Origin: Aquabacterium sp.
Lineage (GTDB): Bacteria; Pseudomonadota; Gammaproteobacteria; Burkholderiales; Burkholderiaceae_C
Direction: 5' to 3'
NCBI GenBank assembly: GCA_023150345.1
Contig: JAKLLB010000005.1
Span: forward strand, 28,570-92,569
Length of the DNA stretch: 64,000 nt
Part shown: piece by piece, positions 46,560-56,669 of the stretch
How the letters are laid out: the number at the start of each line of letters is the position of its first letter
Numbering within the stretch: position 1 is the stretch's first letter
Notes under the pieces: generated by a model
Seen by the model: only the letters and a program-made list of their open reading frames with translations
Told to the model about the DNA's origin: nothing
Database searches by the model: none
Position numbers and translations under genes: made by a program

Positions 46560-46967
46560 ATGAGCATGTTCAACATCTTCGACGTGTCGGGCAGCGCCGT
46601 CAGCGCCCAGTCGCAGCGGCTGAACACCGTGGCCTCCAACCTGGCCAACGCCGATACGGTGGCAGGCCCCGACGGCCAGGCCTACAAGGCGCGGCAGGTC
46701 GTGTTCCAGACCACGCTCATGGGCGAGGTGGGTGCAGCCGGTGTGCGCGTGACCAACGTCGTCGAGGACAACACGCCGGGGCGCCGGGTGCACGACCCCA
46801 AGCATCCCGCAGCCGATGGGCAGGGCTACGTCACCTACAGCAACGTGAACCCGGTCGAGGAGATGGTCAACATGATCTCGGCGTCGCGGTCCTACCAGAA
46901 CAACATCGAGGTGATGAACACGGCGAAGTCCCTGCTGCTGAAGACGCTGCAGCTGGGGCAGGGCTGA
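46560..46967 (+). CDS. flgC: Flagellar proximal rod protein FlgC
   Basis: RLNTVASNLANA, SNVNPVEEMVNMISASRSYQNN. Confidence 0.96.
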   Translation: MSMFNIFDVSGSAVSAQSQRLNTVASNLANADTVAGPDGQAYKARQVVFQTTLMGEVGAAGVRVTNVVEDNTPGRRVHDPKHPAADGQGYVTYSNVNPVEEMVNMISASRSYQNNIEVMNTAKSLLLKTLQLGQG

Positions 46968-46993
46968 TCGCGCACTGACCCAGGGGAACCGAC

Positions 46994-47668
46994 ATGGCCA
47001 TCGACTTCAGCACCATCGACACCAGCGCCACGACATCGAGCGCCGGCAGCACCGTGACGTCCACGTCGCGCAACAGCAACCTGTCCAGCGCCACGGAACA
47101 AACCGACCGCTTCCTGAAGCTGCTCGTCACCCAGATGCAGAACCAGGACCCGCTCAATCCGATGGACAACGCGCAGATCACCACCCAGATGGCGCAGATC
47201 AGCACCGTCAGTGGCATCGGCGATCTGAACACCACCATCCAGTCGATGAACGCGATGCTGATGCAGTCGCAGACGCTGCAGGCCGCGTCGCTGGTGGGCA
47301 AGCAGGTTCTGGTGTCCGGCAATGACCTCGCTCTCGATGCCGATGGCGTGGCCACGGCCGGCTTCGACCTGGCCGGACCTGCCGACAGCGTGGTCGTGAA
47401 CATCAAGAACGCTGCCGGCAAGATCATCGACACCATCAACCTGGGTGCCGGCAGCGCCGGCCGCCAGAGCTTCGACTGGGTGTCGAAGGACAAGGCGGCC
47501 TACGGGCTGACCTTCAGCGTCACGGCGTTGTCCGGCGGCGTTCAAGTGGCCGCCACACCTCTGGTGGCCGACAGCGTCAGCGCCGTCTTCACGGAAAACG
47601 GCCAACTCAGCGTGGAAACCTACTACCACGGCGTCGTGAAGTACAGCGACGTCAAGGCCGTTTCCTGA
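46994..47668 (+). CDS. flgD: Flagellar hook capping protein FlgD
   Basis: FLKLLVTQMQNQDPLNPMDN. Confidence 0.95.
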   Translation: MAIDFSTIDTSATTSSAGSTVTSTSRNSNLSSATEQTDRFLKLLVTQMQNQDPLNPMDNAQITTQMAQISTVSGIGDLNTTIQSMNAMLMQSQTLQAASLVGKQVLVSGNDLALDADGVATAGFDLAGPADSVVVNIKNAAGKIIDTINLGAGSAGRQSFDWVSKDKAAYGLTFSVTALSGGVQVAATPLVADSVSAVFTENGQLSVETYYHGVVKYSDVKAVS

Positions 47669-47724
47669 CCCCCCGCAACCGAATCTCCCGCCGCACCCGC
47701 GCGACCCCACCCAAGGAGCCCACC

Positions 47725-48975
47725 ATGGCATTCCAGCAAGGCCTGTCCGGCCTCAACGCGACGAGCAAGAACCTCAGCGTCATCGGCAACAACATCGCCA
47801 ATGCGAACACCTACGGGGCCAAGGCGTCGCGTGCGGAGTTCGCCGACATGTATGCCAACGCCATCAACGGCAGCGGCGGCAGCGCAATCGGCATCGGCGT
47901 GAACCTCACCGGCGTGACCCAGCGCTTCACGCAGGGCAACATCACCACCACCGAGAGCGGGCTGGACCTGGCCATCAACGGCAACGGCTTCTTCCAACTC
48001 GACTCCGGCGGCACCACGGTCTACTCGCGCAACGGCCAGTTCATGCTCGACAAGAGCGGCAACATCGTCAACTCGTCCGGCCAGAAGCTGCTGGGCTATG
48101 CCGCGAGCTCCGACGGCGTGATCATTCCCTCCACCGTTCAGGCGCTGCAACTGCCGACCGCGGGCGTGGCGCCAAAGGCGACCGAGAGCGTATCGCTGGA
48201 GTTCAACCTCGATTCGCGCGTGGCCGGACCGGATGCTGCGCTGACCTTCGACCCGGCCGACCCCACCACCTACAACAACGCCACCTCGGTCACCGTCTAC
48301 GACGCCAAGGGCCAGGAGCTGGCGCTGACCTATTACTTCCGCAAGTCCGACACGGTCGCCGATACCTGGGACATCTATGTCACCGCCAACGGCACCGATC
48401 CCTTCGCCGGCGCGCCGGCGGTTCCCGGCGTGACGTTTGCCACCGATGGCAGCGAGATCACCGCTCCGGTCGGCGGCATTCCGCTCACCATCCCGGCCGG
48501 CGTGCCCCTGACGGGTGGCGGCACGTCGCTGGACATCAACTTCGACCTGCACCTGGACAACGCCACCCAGTTCGGCGCGGCGTTCTCGGTGACCGACCTG
48601 TCCCAGGACGGCTACGCGCCGGGCCAGCTCACCGGCGTGAGCATCGACAAGACCGGGGTCATCAAGGCCCAGTACTCCAACGGCCAGTCCAAGTCGGCCG
48701 GACAGCTGGTGCTGGCCACCTTCCGCAATCCGCAGGGCCTGCAACCCCTCGGTGGCAACGCCTGGGGCGCGAGCTTCAGCTCGGGCGACCCGGTCATCGG
48801 TGCGGCGGGCCAAGGCAACTTCGGCCTGCTGCAGTCGGGCGCGCTGGAGGAGTCCAACGTCGATCTGACGGCCGAGCTGGTCAACATGATCACCGCGCAG
48901 CGGGCCTACCAGGCCAACGCCCAGTCCATCAAGACCGAGGACCAGGTGCTGCAGACGCTGGTGAACCTGAGGTAA
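47725..48975 (+). CDS. flgE: Flagellar hook protein FlgE
   Basis: GLSGLNA, IGNNIANANT, QDGYAPG, GALEESNVDLTAELVNMI. Confidence 0.96.
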   Translation: MAFQQGLSGLNATSKNLSVIGNNIANANTYGAKASRAEFADMYANAINGSGGSAIGIGVNLTGVTQRFTQGNITTTESGLDLAINGNGFFQLDSGGTTVYSRNGQFMLDKSGNIVNSSGQKLLGYAASSDGVIIPSTVQALQLPTAGVAPKATESVSLEFNLDSRVAGPDAALTFDPADPTTYNNATSVTVYDAKGQELALTYYFRKSDTVADTWDIYVTANGTDPFAGAPAVPGVTFATDGSEITAPVGGIPLTIPAGVPLTGGGTSLDINFDLHLDNATQFGAAFSVTDLSQDGYAPGQLTGVSIDKTGVIKAQYSNGQSKSAGQLVLATFRNPQGLQPLGGNAWGASFSSGDPVIGAAGQGNFGLLQSGALEESNVDLTAELVNMITAQRAYQANAQSIKTEDQVLQTLVNLR

Positions 48976-49049
48976 TGGTCCACCCCCGATGCGGCCTGGC
49001 GGCCACCTCGGGGAGCCAGCGCTTCGCATTGCACTGAAGGAACCGGCCG

Positions 49050-49772
49050 ATGGACCGCATGATCTACCTGGCCATGGCTGGCGCCAAGGCCACCATGCAG
49101 CGCCAGGATGTGGTGGCCCACAACCTGGCCAACGCGTCCACGCCGGGCTTCCGGGCCGAACTGGCGGCGTTCAGGGCCGTGCCGGTGCGCGGCGATGGGG
49201 CCAGCACGAGGGTCTATGCGCTGGAGTCGACACCCGGCTACAAGCCCGAGGCGGGCCCGGTGCAGGCCACTGGCCGCAACCTCGACGTCGCCATGCGGGG
49301 CAACGCCTGGCTGGCGATCCAGGCCAGCGACGGCACCGAGGCCTACACCCGCGCCGGTGCGCTCGATGTGGACCCCGAGGGCCAGCTCGTCACCCGAAGC
49401 GGACAGGTGGTGCTGGGTGAGGGCGGCCCGATCACGCTGCCGCCCAACGCCGAGGTGAAGATCGCCGCCGACGGCACCGTGAGCGCCCGAGTCGCCAACG
49501 GCCGCCCGCAGGGCGTGGGCAAGCTCAAGCTGGTCACGCCTGAAGTGCCGCTGCAGCGGGGCACCGATGGCCTGTTCCGGGCCGCCGAGGAACTGCCGGC
49601 CGACCCGACCGCACAGGTGCAGGACGGCGCACTCGAAGGCAGCAACGTCAATGCCATCGAAAGCATGGTTGCAATGATCGCGGCGGCACGTCAGTTCGAG
49701 CAGCAGATGAAGATGCTGCACAGCGCGCAGGAAAAGGAGCAGGCAGCGACCAAGCTGCTGGGCTCGAGCTGA
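49050..49772 (+). CDS. flgF: Flagellar proximal rod protein FlgF
   Basis: MDRMIYLAM, NLANASTPGFRAE, YTRAG, LEGSNVNAIESMV. Confidence 0.95.
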   Translation: MDRMIYLAMAGAKATMQRQDVVAHNLANASTPGFRAELAAFRAVPVRGDGASTRVYALESTPGYKPEAGPVQATGRNLDVAMRGNAWLAIQASDGTEAYTRAGALDVDPEGQLVTRSGQVVLGEGGPITLPPNAEVKIAADGTVSARVANGRPQGVGKLKLVTPEVPLQRGTDGLFRAAEELPADPTAQVQDGALEGSNVNAIESMVAMIAAARQFEQQMKMLHSAQEKEQAATKLLGSS

Positions 49773-49820
49773 CCGCGCGCCGCTGGCGGCTGGCGCCGTC
49801 CGCGGTACACCCGATCGAAG

Positions 49821-49847
49821 AAAGCGCCGGCCCCCCGGCGCTTTTTT
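49821..49847 (+). terminator. Hairpin/U-tract between flgF and flgG (also FlhDC-box-like)
   Basis: AAAGCGCCGG-CCCC-CCGGCGCTTT followed by TTT. Confidence 0.65.
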
Positions 49848-49902
49848 GACGATCGGGGGGCTCAAGTTCACCGGATCATCGTGGCATCCCGATTGAAGGA
49901 GT

Positions 49903-50691
49903 ATGGCCATGATGCGTTCGCTGTGGATCGCCAAGACCGGCATGGAGGCGCAGCAGACCCAGCTCGACGCCATCGCCCACAACCTGGCCAATACCGGCAC
50001 CAATGGCTACAAGCGCGGCCATGCCGTGTTCGAGGACCTGATGTACCAGAACCTGCGGCAAGTGGGGGCGGCCAGCTCGGAACAGACGCAGCTGCCCACC
50101 GGCTTGCAGATGGGCCTGGGCACCCGCGCGGTGGGCATGGCGCGCAACTTCTCGCAGGGCAATCTGCAAAGCACCGGCAACGCGCTGGACGTGGCCATCA
50201 AGGGCCACGGCTTCTTCCAGGTCCAGATGCCAGATGGCACCTCGGCCTACACGCGCGACGGTTCGTTCCAGCTCAACGCACAGGGTCAGATCGTCACCCA
50301 GAACGGCTATCTGGTGCAGCCCGGCATCACGGTCCCGGCCGCGGCGCAGGCCGTCACCATCTCGGCCGACGGCACCGTGTCGGTCACGCTGCAGGGGCAG
50401 ACCACGCCACAGGCACTCGGTCAGCTGCAACTGGCGGCGTTCGTGAATCCGGCCGGGCTGGAGCCACGCGGCGAGAACCTGTTCACCGAGACGGCGGCTT
50501 CGGGCACACCCAGCACCGCCGCGCCGCAATCCGGCGGCCTGGGTTCGCTGTCGCAGAGCTTCGTCGAGACCAGCAATGTCAACGTGGTCGAGGAGCTGGT
50601 GCAGATGATCCAGACCCAGCGCGCCTACGAGATCAACTCCAAGGCCATCCAGACCTCGGACCAGATGCTCCAGCGCCTGGGCCAGCTGTGA
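49903..50691 (+). CDS. flgG: Flagellar distal rod protein FlgG
   Basis: [40 protein letters not shown]. Confidence 0.96.
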   Translation: MAMMRSLWIAKTGMEAQQTQLDAIAHNLANTGTNGYKRGHAVFEDLMYQNLRQVGAASSEQTQLPTGLQMGLGTRAVGMARNFSQGNLQSTGNALDVAIKGHGFFQVQMPDGTSAYTRDGSFQLNAQGQIVTQNGYLVQPGITVPAAAQAVTISADGTVSVTLQGQTTPQALGQLQLAAFVNPAGLEPRGENLFTETAASGTPSTAAPQSGGLGSLSQSFVETSNVNVVEELVQMIQTQRAYEINSKAIQTSDQMLQRLGQL

Positions 50692-50714
50692 CCCGCAGTC
50701 GTGGTCGGAACACC

Positions 50715-51407
50715 ATGAGCGCATCGATCTACACCCTGCTGCGGCTGGTCGGCGCCACGGCCGTCCTCGTCTTGGCCGGCTGCACCGCCATCCAGCGCGT
50801 GCCGCCCGTCGATGTGGTGCAGCCCACGACGGCCACGCCGGTGGCTGTGGCGCACGTGCCGGTGCCGGCCAACGGCGCCATCTTCCAGGCCGACCGCTAC
50901 CGCCCGTTGGTCGAGGACCACCGGGCCCGCCTCGTCGGCGACACGCTGATGGTGCAGATCACCGAGAAGATCTCGGCCACGCAGAAGTCCAACAGCTCCG
51001 TCGACAAGAGCGGCTCCATCGAAGCCGGCATCACGGCGCTGCCCGGTGTCAAGGCCGCTCGCCTGGCCCGCGCCAACGCGGCCGGCGAGTCGGCGAACAC
51101 ATTCGCCGGCAAGGGCGTGACCGAAAGCTCGAACGACTTTTCCGGCACCATCACTGCCACTGTGGTGCAGGTGCTGCCCAATGGGCACCTGATCGTGGCC
51201 GGCGAGAAGCAAATCGGCGTGAACGCCAATGTCGACGTGCTGCGATTCTCTGGTCAGGTCGACCCCCGCGCCATCGCGCCGGGCAACAGCGTGCAGAGCA
51301 CGCAGATCGCCAACGTCCGCGTCGAGCAGCGCGGACGCGGCCAGGCGGCCGAGGCCCAATCGGCCGGTTGGCTCTCGCGCTTCTTCCTGACCATGTGGCC
51401 GATCTGA
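50715..51407 (+). CDS. flgH: Flagellar L-ring lipoprotein FlgH
   Basis: Lipobox LAGC, VGDTLMVQITE, LPNGHLIVAGEK, GWLSRFF. Confidence 0.95.
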   Translation: MSASIYTLLRLVGATAVLVLAGCTAIQRVPPVDVVQPTTATPVAVAHVPVPANGAIFQADRYRPLVEDHRARLVGDTLMVQITEKISATQKSNSSVDKSGSIEAGITALPGVKAARLARANAAGESANTFAGKGVTESSNDFSGTITATVVQVLPNGHLIVAGEKQIGVNANVDVLRFSGQVDPRAIAPGNSVQSTQIANVRVEQRGRGQAAEAQSAGWLSRFFLTMWPI

Positions 51408-51442
51408 AGCGCCCCGAACATCCATACCCCCCCGAGGCTGTC

Positions 51443-52570
51443 ATGTCCTTCAACGCCGACCGGACCCTGCGCGCGATCGTCATCGCAGGCCTGTTCGTGG
51501 CCAGTGCCGCCCTGTGGTGGCCGGCGCACGCCGCGCGCATCAAGGAGATTGCCAACGTGCAAGGCGTGCGGCCCAACCAGCTCACGGGTTATGGCCTGGT
51601 GGTGGGACTGGACGGCACCGGTGACCAGTCCACGCAGGCGCCGTTCACGCCGCAGAGCCTGGCCTCCATGCTGCAACAGATGGGCGTGACGCTGCCGCCG
51701 GGCGTGTCGATGCAGCCGCGCAATGTGGCGGCCGTGCTGCTGACGGCAGAACTGCCGGCATTCGCGCAGCCGGGCCAGCGTCTCGATGTCACCGTCGCAT
51801 CGGTGGGCAACGCCAAGAGCCTGCGCGGCGGCACGCTGGTCGCCACGCCGCTCAAAGGCACCGACGGCCAGATCTACGCCATGGCACAGGGCAACCTCAT
51901 CGTGGGCGGTGCAGGCGCCTCCGCCGGAGGCTCGAAGGTGCAGATCAACCATCTGGCCGCCGGCCGCGTACCCGACGGCGCAACCGTCGAGCGGGCCGTG
52001 CCGACCAGTCTGGGGCAAGGTGGCCTGCTGCAACTCGACTTGAAGCGCGGCGACTTTGCCACCGCACGCGCGGTGGCCGGCGCCATCAACGAGGCCAAGG
52101 GCGCGGGCAGTGCGATGGCGGTGGACAGCCGCGTCGTGCGCGTGCGCGTGCCCGACGACGCCAACGAGCTGGTCGGGTTCATCGCCGATATCGAGAACCT
52201 CGATGTGACACAGGGTCGACCGGCAGCCCGGGTGGTGCTCAACGCGCGCACCGGCTCGGTGGTGATGAACGAAGCGGTGACGCTGGGCGAGTGCGCGGTG
52301 GCGCATGGCTCGCTGTCGGTCACCATCGCATCGACGCCGGTGATCAGCCAGCCTGGACCTCTGTCCCAAGGGCAGACCGTGGTGGCCGAGAAGGCCGACA
52401 TCGCCATCACCCAGCAGGGCGGCTCGTTGATTCAGCTGCCCGCCGGGGCCCGGCTCTCCGAGGTGGTCAAGGCGTTGAACTCGCTCGGGGCCACGCCTCA
52501 GGATCTGCTGGCGATCCTGCAAGCGATGAAGAGCGCCGGCGCGCTGCGCGCCGAGCTCGAGGTGATCTGA
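51443..52570 (+). CDS. flgI: Flagellar P-ring protein FlgI
   Basis: RIKEIA, NQLTGYGLVVGLDGTGD, GNAKSLRGG, LQAMKSAGAL. Confidence 0.96.
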   Translation: MSFNADRTLRAIVIAGLFVASAALWWPAHAARIKEIANVQGVRPNQLTGYGLVVGLDGTGDQSTQAPFTPQSLASMLQQMGVTLPPGVSMQPRNVAAVLLTAELPAFAQPGQRLDVTVASVGNAKSLRGGTLVATPLKGTDGQIYAMAQGNLIVGGAGASAGGSKVQINHLAAGRVPDGATVERAVPTSLGQGGLLQLDLKRGDFATARAVAGAINEAKGAGSAMAVDSRVVRVRVPDDANELVGFIADIENLDVTQGRPAARVVLNARTGSVVMNEAVTLGECAVAHGSLSVTIASTPVISQPGPLSQGQTVVAEKADIAITQQGGSLIQLPAGARLSEVVKALNSLGATPQDLLAILQAMKSAGALRAELEVI

Positions 52571-52582
52571 GCGGAGACCCCC

Positions 52583-53467
52583 ATGGCTGCCATCCCTTCC
52601 GGCGTCTCGCTGGCTTCCACTCAGGCACTGGCCACCGACAGCCGCGGCCTCGATGCCCTGCGCCGCGGGGCCGGGCAGGATCCGAAGGCTGCGGCGCGCG
52701 AGGTGGCCCGCCAGTTCGAGTCCTTGTTCATGAACGAGCTGCTCAAGAGCATGCGCGCGGCCAGCATGGGCGATGGCTTGATGGACAACGAAGCCAGCAA
52801 GATGGGCACCGGCATGCTCGATGCGCAGATCGCGGGCCAGATCAGCGGCCGTCCGGGCGGGCTGGCCGACGTGATCGCGCGCCAGCTCGAGCGACAGATG
52901 GGCCTGAACCCCGGGCCCATCCCGACAACCGCATCGGCCAACAAGGCCCTGCCGCTGGTCAGCCGCCCGAGCGACACGCCGAAGATCCCCGAACGCAGCG
53001 CGGCAGGCTTCGTGCAGCAGCACACCGACGCCGCCAAGGCTGCCGAGTCGCGCACCGGCATCCCCGCGGCGTTCATGCTGGCCCAGGCCGCGCACGAGAC
53101 CGGTTGGGGCAAGCGCGAGATCGTCGGCCGCGACGGCACCCACTCGTTCAACCTGTTCGGCATCAAGGCTGGCTCGAACTGGAGCGGGCCGACCGTGGAC
53201 GTGACCACCACCGAGTACGTGGGCGGGCGCGCGCAGAAGATGGTGCAGCGCTTTCGGGCCTACTCGAGCTACGCCGAGTCGTTCGCCGACTACGCGAACC
53301 TCATGAACAGCAGCCCTCGCTACCAATCGGTGGTGGCTGCCGGCGGCGATGCCAAGGGCTTTGCACAAGGCCTGCAGCGCGCGGGCTATGCCTCCGATCC
53401 GGCGTATGCCGACAAGCTGGCGCGCGTCATCAACACCACGCTGCGGTTGCAGCGCGCGCAGGCCTGA
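52583..53467 (+). CDS. flgJ: Rod cap / peptidoglycan hydrolase FlgJ
   Basis: QFESLFMNELLKSMR; glucosaminidase domain AAHETGWG, NLFGIKA, GYASDP. Confidence 0.95.
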   Translation: MAAIPSGVSLASTQALATDSRGLDALRRGAGQDPKAAAREVARQFESLFMNELLKSMRAASMGDGLMDNEASKMGTGMLDAQIAGQISGRPGGLADVIARQLERQMGLNPGPIPTTASANKALPLVSRPSDTPKIPERSAAGFVQQHTDAAKAAESRTGIPAAFMLAQAAHETGWGKREIVGRDGTHSFNLFGIKAGSNWSGPTVDVTTTEYVGGRAQKMVQRFRAYSSYAESFADYANLMNSSPRYQSVVAAGGDAKGFAQGLQRAGYASDPAYADKLARVINTTLRLQRAQA

Positions 53468-53506
53468 TCGGCCCGCCGGCACATCCAACGTCTGAGGAGC
53501 GCGGCC

Positions 53507-55429
53507 ATGTCGATGCTGATGCAACTGGGCACGCGGGCCATGTTCGCTGCCTATGCCCAACTGCAGACCACCAACCAGAACATCGCCAATGCCAACACGC
53601 CGGGCTATTCACGCCAGCAGGTGATGCTGGGCACGGCGCCTGGGCAGTTCTCCGGTTCGGGCTACTTCGGGCGCGGTGTCACGGTGCAGACGGTCACGCG
53701 TGCCACCAACATGTTCCTCACCGCGCAGGCGGCGGCCACCCAGTCGGCCGCATCGGCCGATGCGTCGCGGCTGACGATGCTGCAGCAGCTCGAACGGGTG
53801 TTCGGCACAGGACAGGCTGGCCTGGGCTATGCGGCCACGCAGGTGTTCAATGCATTTTCCGAGCTGGCTGCCGCCCCTGGCGACATGGCGGCGCGACAGG
53901 CGGTGCTGGCGCGCGCGGAGGACTTCGCGTCGTTGGCGCGATCCAACAGCGACCAGATCGAGATGCTGCAGGCCAACGTGGTCAGCGACATCCGCAACGC
54001 GGTCGACGTGGTCAACGTGGCGGCCGCCGGCGTGGCCGACCTGAATCGCCGCATCGCCGAGGCGTTGGCGACTGGCCACACACCCAACGACCTGATGGAC
54101 TCCCGCGATCAGCTCATCCGCGACATCAGCGACAAGATCGAGGTCAACACCATCACCGCGCCCGACGGCAGCCTGAGCGTGTTCGTCGGCAACGGCCAGA
54201 GCCTGGTGCTGGGCGGGCAGTCCAACCAGCTCGTGGCCATGCAGGACCGCTTCGACCCGTCGCGCGCCGAGCTGGGCATGAACGTGGCCGGCTTCACCAC
54301 TCCACTGGCCACCTCCACCCTGGGCGGTGGCGAGATCTCGGGGTTGCTGCAGTTCCAGGACAGCGACCTGGTCGAGGCCCGCAACCGATTGGGCCACATC
54401 GTTGCGGCCCTGGGCACCGCCATCAACACTCAGCAGTCGCTCGGTATCGACCTGGCAGGCGTGTCCGGGGCACCGTTGTTCGACCTGGGAGAGCCTGTGG
54501 CCATCGCGCACAAGGCCAACGTGCGCGACGCCTTCGGGGTTCCGCTGGCCAGCATCACGCTGACCGTCGCGGATCCGGCTGCGCTCAAGGCCAGCGAGTA
54601 CACGCTGGAGGAAGACCCGGCCAGCCCTGGCCAGTACCTGATCACCCGCTTGTCCGACGGACAGACGTTTGGCGGCCTCAACGACGGCGACGCGGTCGAC
54701 GGCTTCACCTTCACGCTGGGTGCCGTGCCGCCCCAGCCGGGCGACCGCTTCCTGCTCAAGCCGGTGAGCACCGCTGCGGCCGGGGCCGCGCTGGCGCTGC
54801 AGAACCCGCGTGGGGTGGCAGCGGCCAGCCCGCTGATGGCGGCCGCCGCGGCGACCAACACGGGCACGGCCGCGGTCGGCTCGCTGCAGATGGCCAGCGC
54901 ACCCGCGACGCCGTACGCGGCCATAGGCGACATGACGGTGGTGTTCACCAGCGGCACCGGCGACTACGAGATCCGCGACGGGGGCGGCGCCGTGCTGAGC
55001 AGCGGAACCTGGACGGCCGGCAACCCGATCGCGTTCAATGGCTTCGAGCTCAATCTCACTGGCGTCCCGGCCAATGGTGACCAGTTCGCAGTCACCTTGA
55101 CCGCGTTCCCCAATGCCAGCAACGGCAATGCACTGGCGTTCGATGCGATGGCCACCCGACTCCTGGTCGACGGCAGCACGGTCAGCGATGCCTACGCCGA
55201 AGCGCTGGCCTCCGTGGGCGTGCGCGCGCAGGGTGCAGCGGCAGCCGCCGACACCAGCGCGGCCGTGGCCGCGCGCACGATGGAGGCGCTGACCAGCGAG
55301 GTGGGCGTCAACCTCGACGAGGAAGCGGCACGGCTGATCCAGTACCAGCAGGCGTTTCAGGCCGCCGCCAAGATGCTGCAGACCGCTCAGAGCGTCATGG
55401 ACATGCTCGTCGAGCTCGGCGGCCGCTAA
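53507..55429 (+). CDS. flgK: Hook-associated protein FlgK
   Basis: NIANANTPGYSRQ, GVNLDEEAARLIQYQQAF. Confidence 0.95.
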   Translation: MSMLMQLGTRAMFAAYAQLQTTNQNIANANTPGYSRQQVMLGTAPGQFSGSGYFGRGVTVQTVTRATNMFLTAQAAATQSAASADASRLTMLQQLERVFGTGQAGLGYAATQVFNAFSELAAAPGDMAARQAVLARAEDFASLARSNSDQIEMLQANVVSDIRNAVDVVNVAAAGVADLNRRIAEALATGHTPNDLMDSRDQLIRDISDKIEVNTITAPDGSLSVFVGNGQSLVLGGQSNQLVAMQDRFDPSRAELGMNVAGFTTPLATSTLGGGEISGLLQFQDSDLVEARNRLGHIVAALGTAINTQQSLGIDLAGVSGAPLFDLGEPVAIAHKANVRDAFGVPLASITLTVADPAALKASEYTLEEDPASPGQYLITRLSDGQTFGGLNDGDAVDGFTFTLGAVPPQPGDRFLLKPVSTAAAGAALALQNPRGVAAASPLMAAAAATNTGTAAVGSLQMASAPATPYAAIGDMTVVFTSGTGDYEIRDGGGAVLSSGTWTAGNPIAFNGFELNLTGVPANGDQFAVTLTAFPNASNGNALAFDAMATRLLVDGSTVSDAYAEALASVGVRAQGAAAAADTSAAVAARTMEALTSEVGVNLDEEAARLIQYQQAFQAAAKMLQTAQSVMDMLVELGGR

Positions 55430-55440
55430 GGAGATCGACG

Positions 55441-56628
55441 ATGACGATGCGCGTATCGAACCTCAGTCGCTACGAAGGCGCGATCGACACGCTGCAGCGG
55501 CGGCAAGCCGACATGAGCCGCGCCCAGTTGCAGATGACCAGCGGCAAGCGGGTGCATGTGCCCAGCGACGATCCCACGGCCGCAGCGCGCGCCGAGCGCG
55601 CCTTCATTGCCCAGCAGCGCATCACCGCCGAGCAGCGCTCGGTGGACGTGAGCCGCAACGCGATGGCGCTGGTGGAGGCCGGGCTGGGCCAGGCGGGCGA
55701 CCTGCTGCAAAGCGCGCGTGAGCGCCTGCTGGAGGCGGGCAACGGCAGCTACAACGACGGCGAGCGCCAGGCCTTGTCCAATCACCTGAAGCAGCTGCGC
55801 AGCCAGCTGCTGGCGGTGGCCAACCAGACCGACGGTGCGGGCGGCTACATCTTCGGCGGGCAGGGCTCTGTGGCGCCACCGTTCCAGGATGCGATCGGCG
55901 GCGTCGTGTTCGCCGGCAGCGGGGGCCAGGGGCAGGTGTCGGTCAGCGAGCAGATGCCCACGTCGGTCGATGGCGAGGCGCTGTGGCTGTCCGTGCGCAG
56001 CGGCAACGGCGTGTTCATCACCGATGCTGCGGCCACCAATACCGGCAGTGCGTATCTCGCACCGGGCAGCGTGTCCGACCCATCGCTGCTCACCGGGGGC
56101 AGCTACGACATCACCTTCAGCGTGGTCGGCGGCGTGACCACCTATACGGTCAACCCGGTGGGAGCCACGGGCAGCTACGTCAGCGGCGGCACGATCTACG
56201 TCGATGGCATGGCGCTCCAGGTCAGTGGCGCGCCCGCCGATGGCGACCAGTTCACCATCGTTCCCGCCGCGCCCGATCTCGACCCGTTCGAGGCGCTCGA
56301 TCGCGCCATCGCGGTGCTGGACGATCCCGCCACCAACGACGGGCTGGTGGCACAGGCGGTCAGCAATGGTGTGCGCGACATGGATGCCGTCATGAGTCAC
56401 TTCCAGGCCGCGCGCTCCGTGGCCGGCGCCACGCTGAGCCGGCTCGACGTGATCGACTCCCGCAACCAGGATCGCGACCTCTGGGCCAAGTCGGTACAGT
56501 CCGACGCCGAGGACCTGGACATGGTGCAGGCCGTGTCCGATTTCCAGAACAAGCAGACCAGCTACCAGGCCGCCTTGCAGAGCTATTCCATCGTCCAGCG
56601 CATGTCGTTGTTCGACTACATCAAGTAG
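55441..56628 (+). CDS. flgL: Hook-associated protein FlgL
   Basis: SGKRVHVPSDDP, YIFGG, YQAALQS...MSLFDYI. Confidence 0.95.
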   Translation: MTMRVSNLSRYEGAIDTLQRRQADMSRAQLQMTSGKRVHVPSDDPTAAARAERAFIAQQRITAEQRSVDVSRNAMALVEAGLGQAGDLLQSARERLLEAGNGSYNDGERQALSNHLKQLRSQLLAVANQTDGAGGYIFGGQGSVAPPFQDAIGGVVFAGSGGQGQVSVSEQMPTSVDGEALWLSVRSGNGVFITDAAATNTGSAYLAPGSVSDPSLLTGGSYDITFSVVGGVTTYTVNPVGATGSYVSGGTIYVDGMALQVSGAPADGDQFTIVPAAPDLDPFEALDRAIAVLDDPATNDGLVAQAVSNGVRDMDAVMSHFQAARSVAGATLSRLDVIDSRNQDRDLWAKSVQSDAEDLDMVQAVSDFQNKQTSYQAALQSYSIVQRMSLFDYIK

Positions 56629-56669
56629 AAAGCCGCCGCGCGATACTTGTGCCGGTGCACACTTCACCC

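Noticed and set aside
49882-49897. sigma54 promoter before flgG (TGGCATC...TTGA)
   Set aside because: The -12 GC is GA and the site overlaps the RBS
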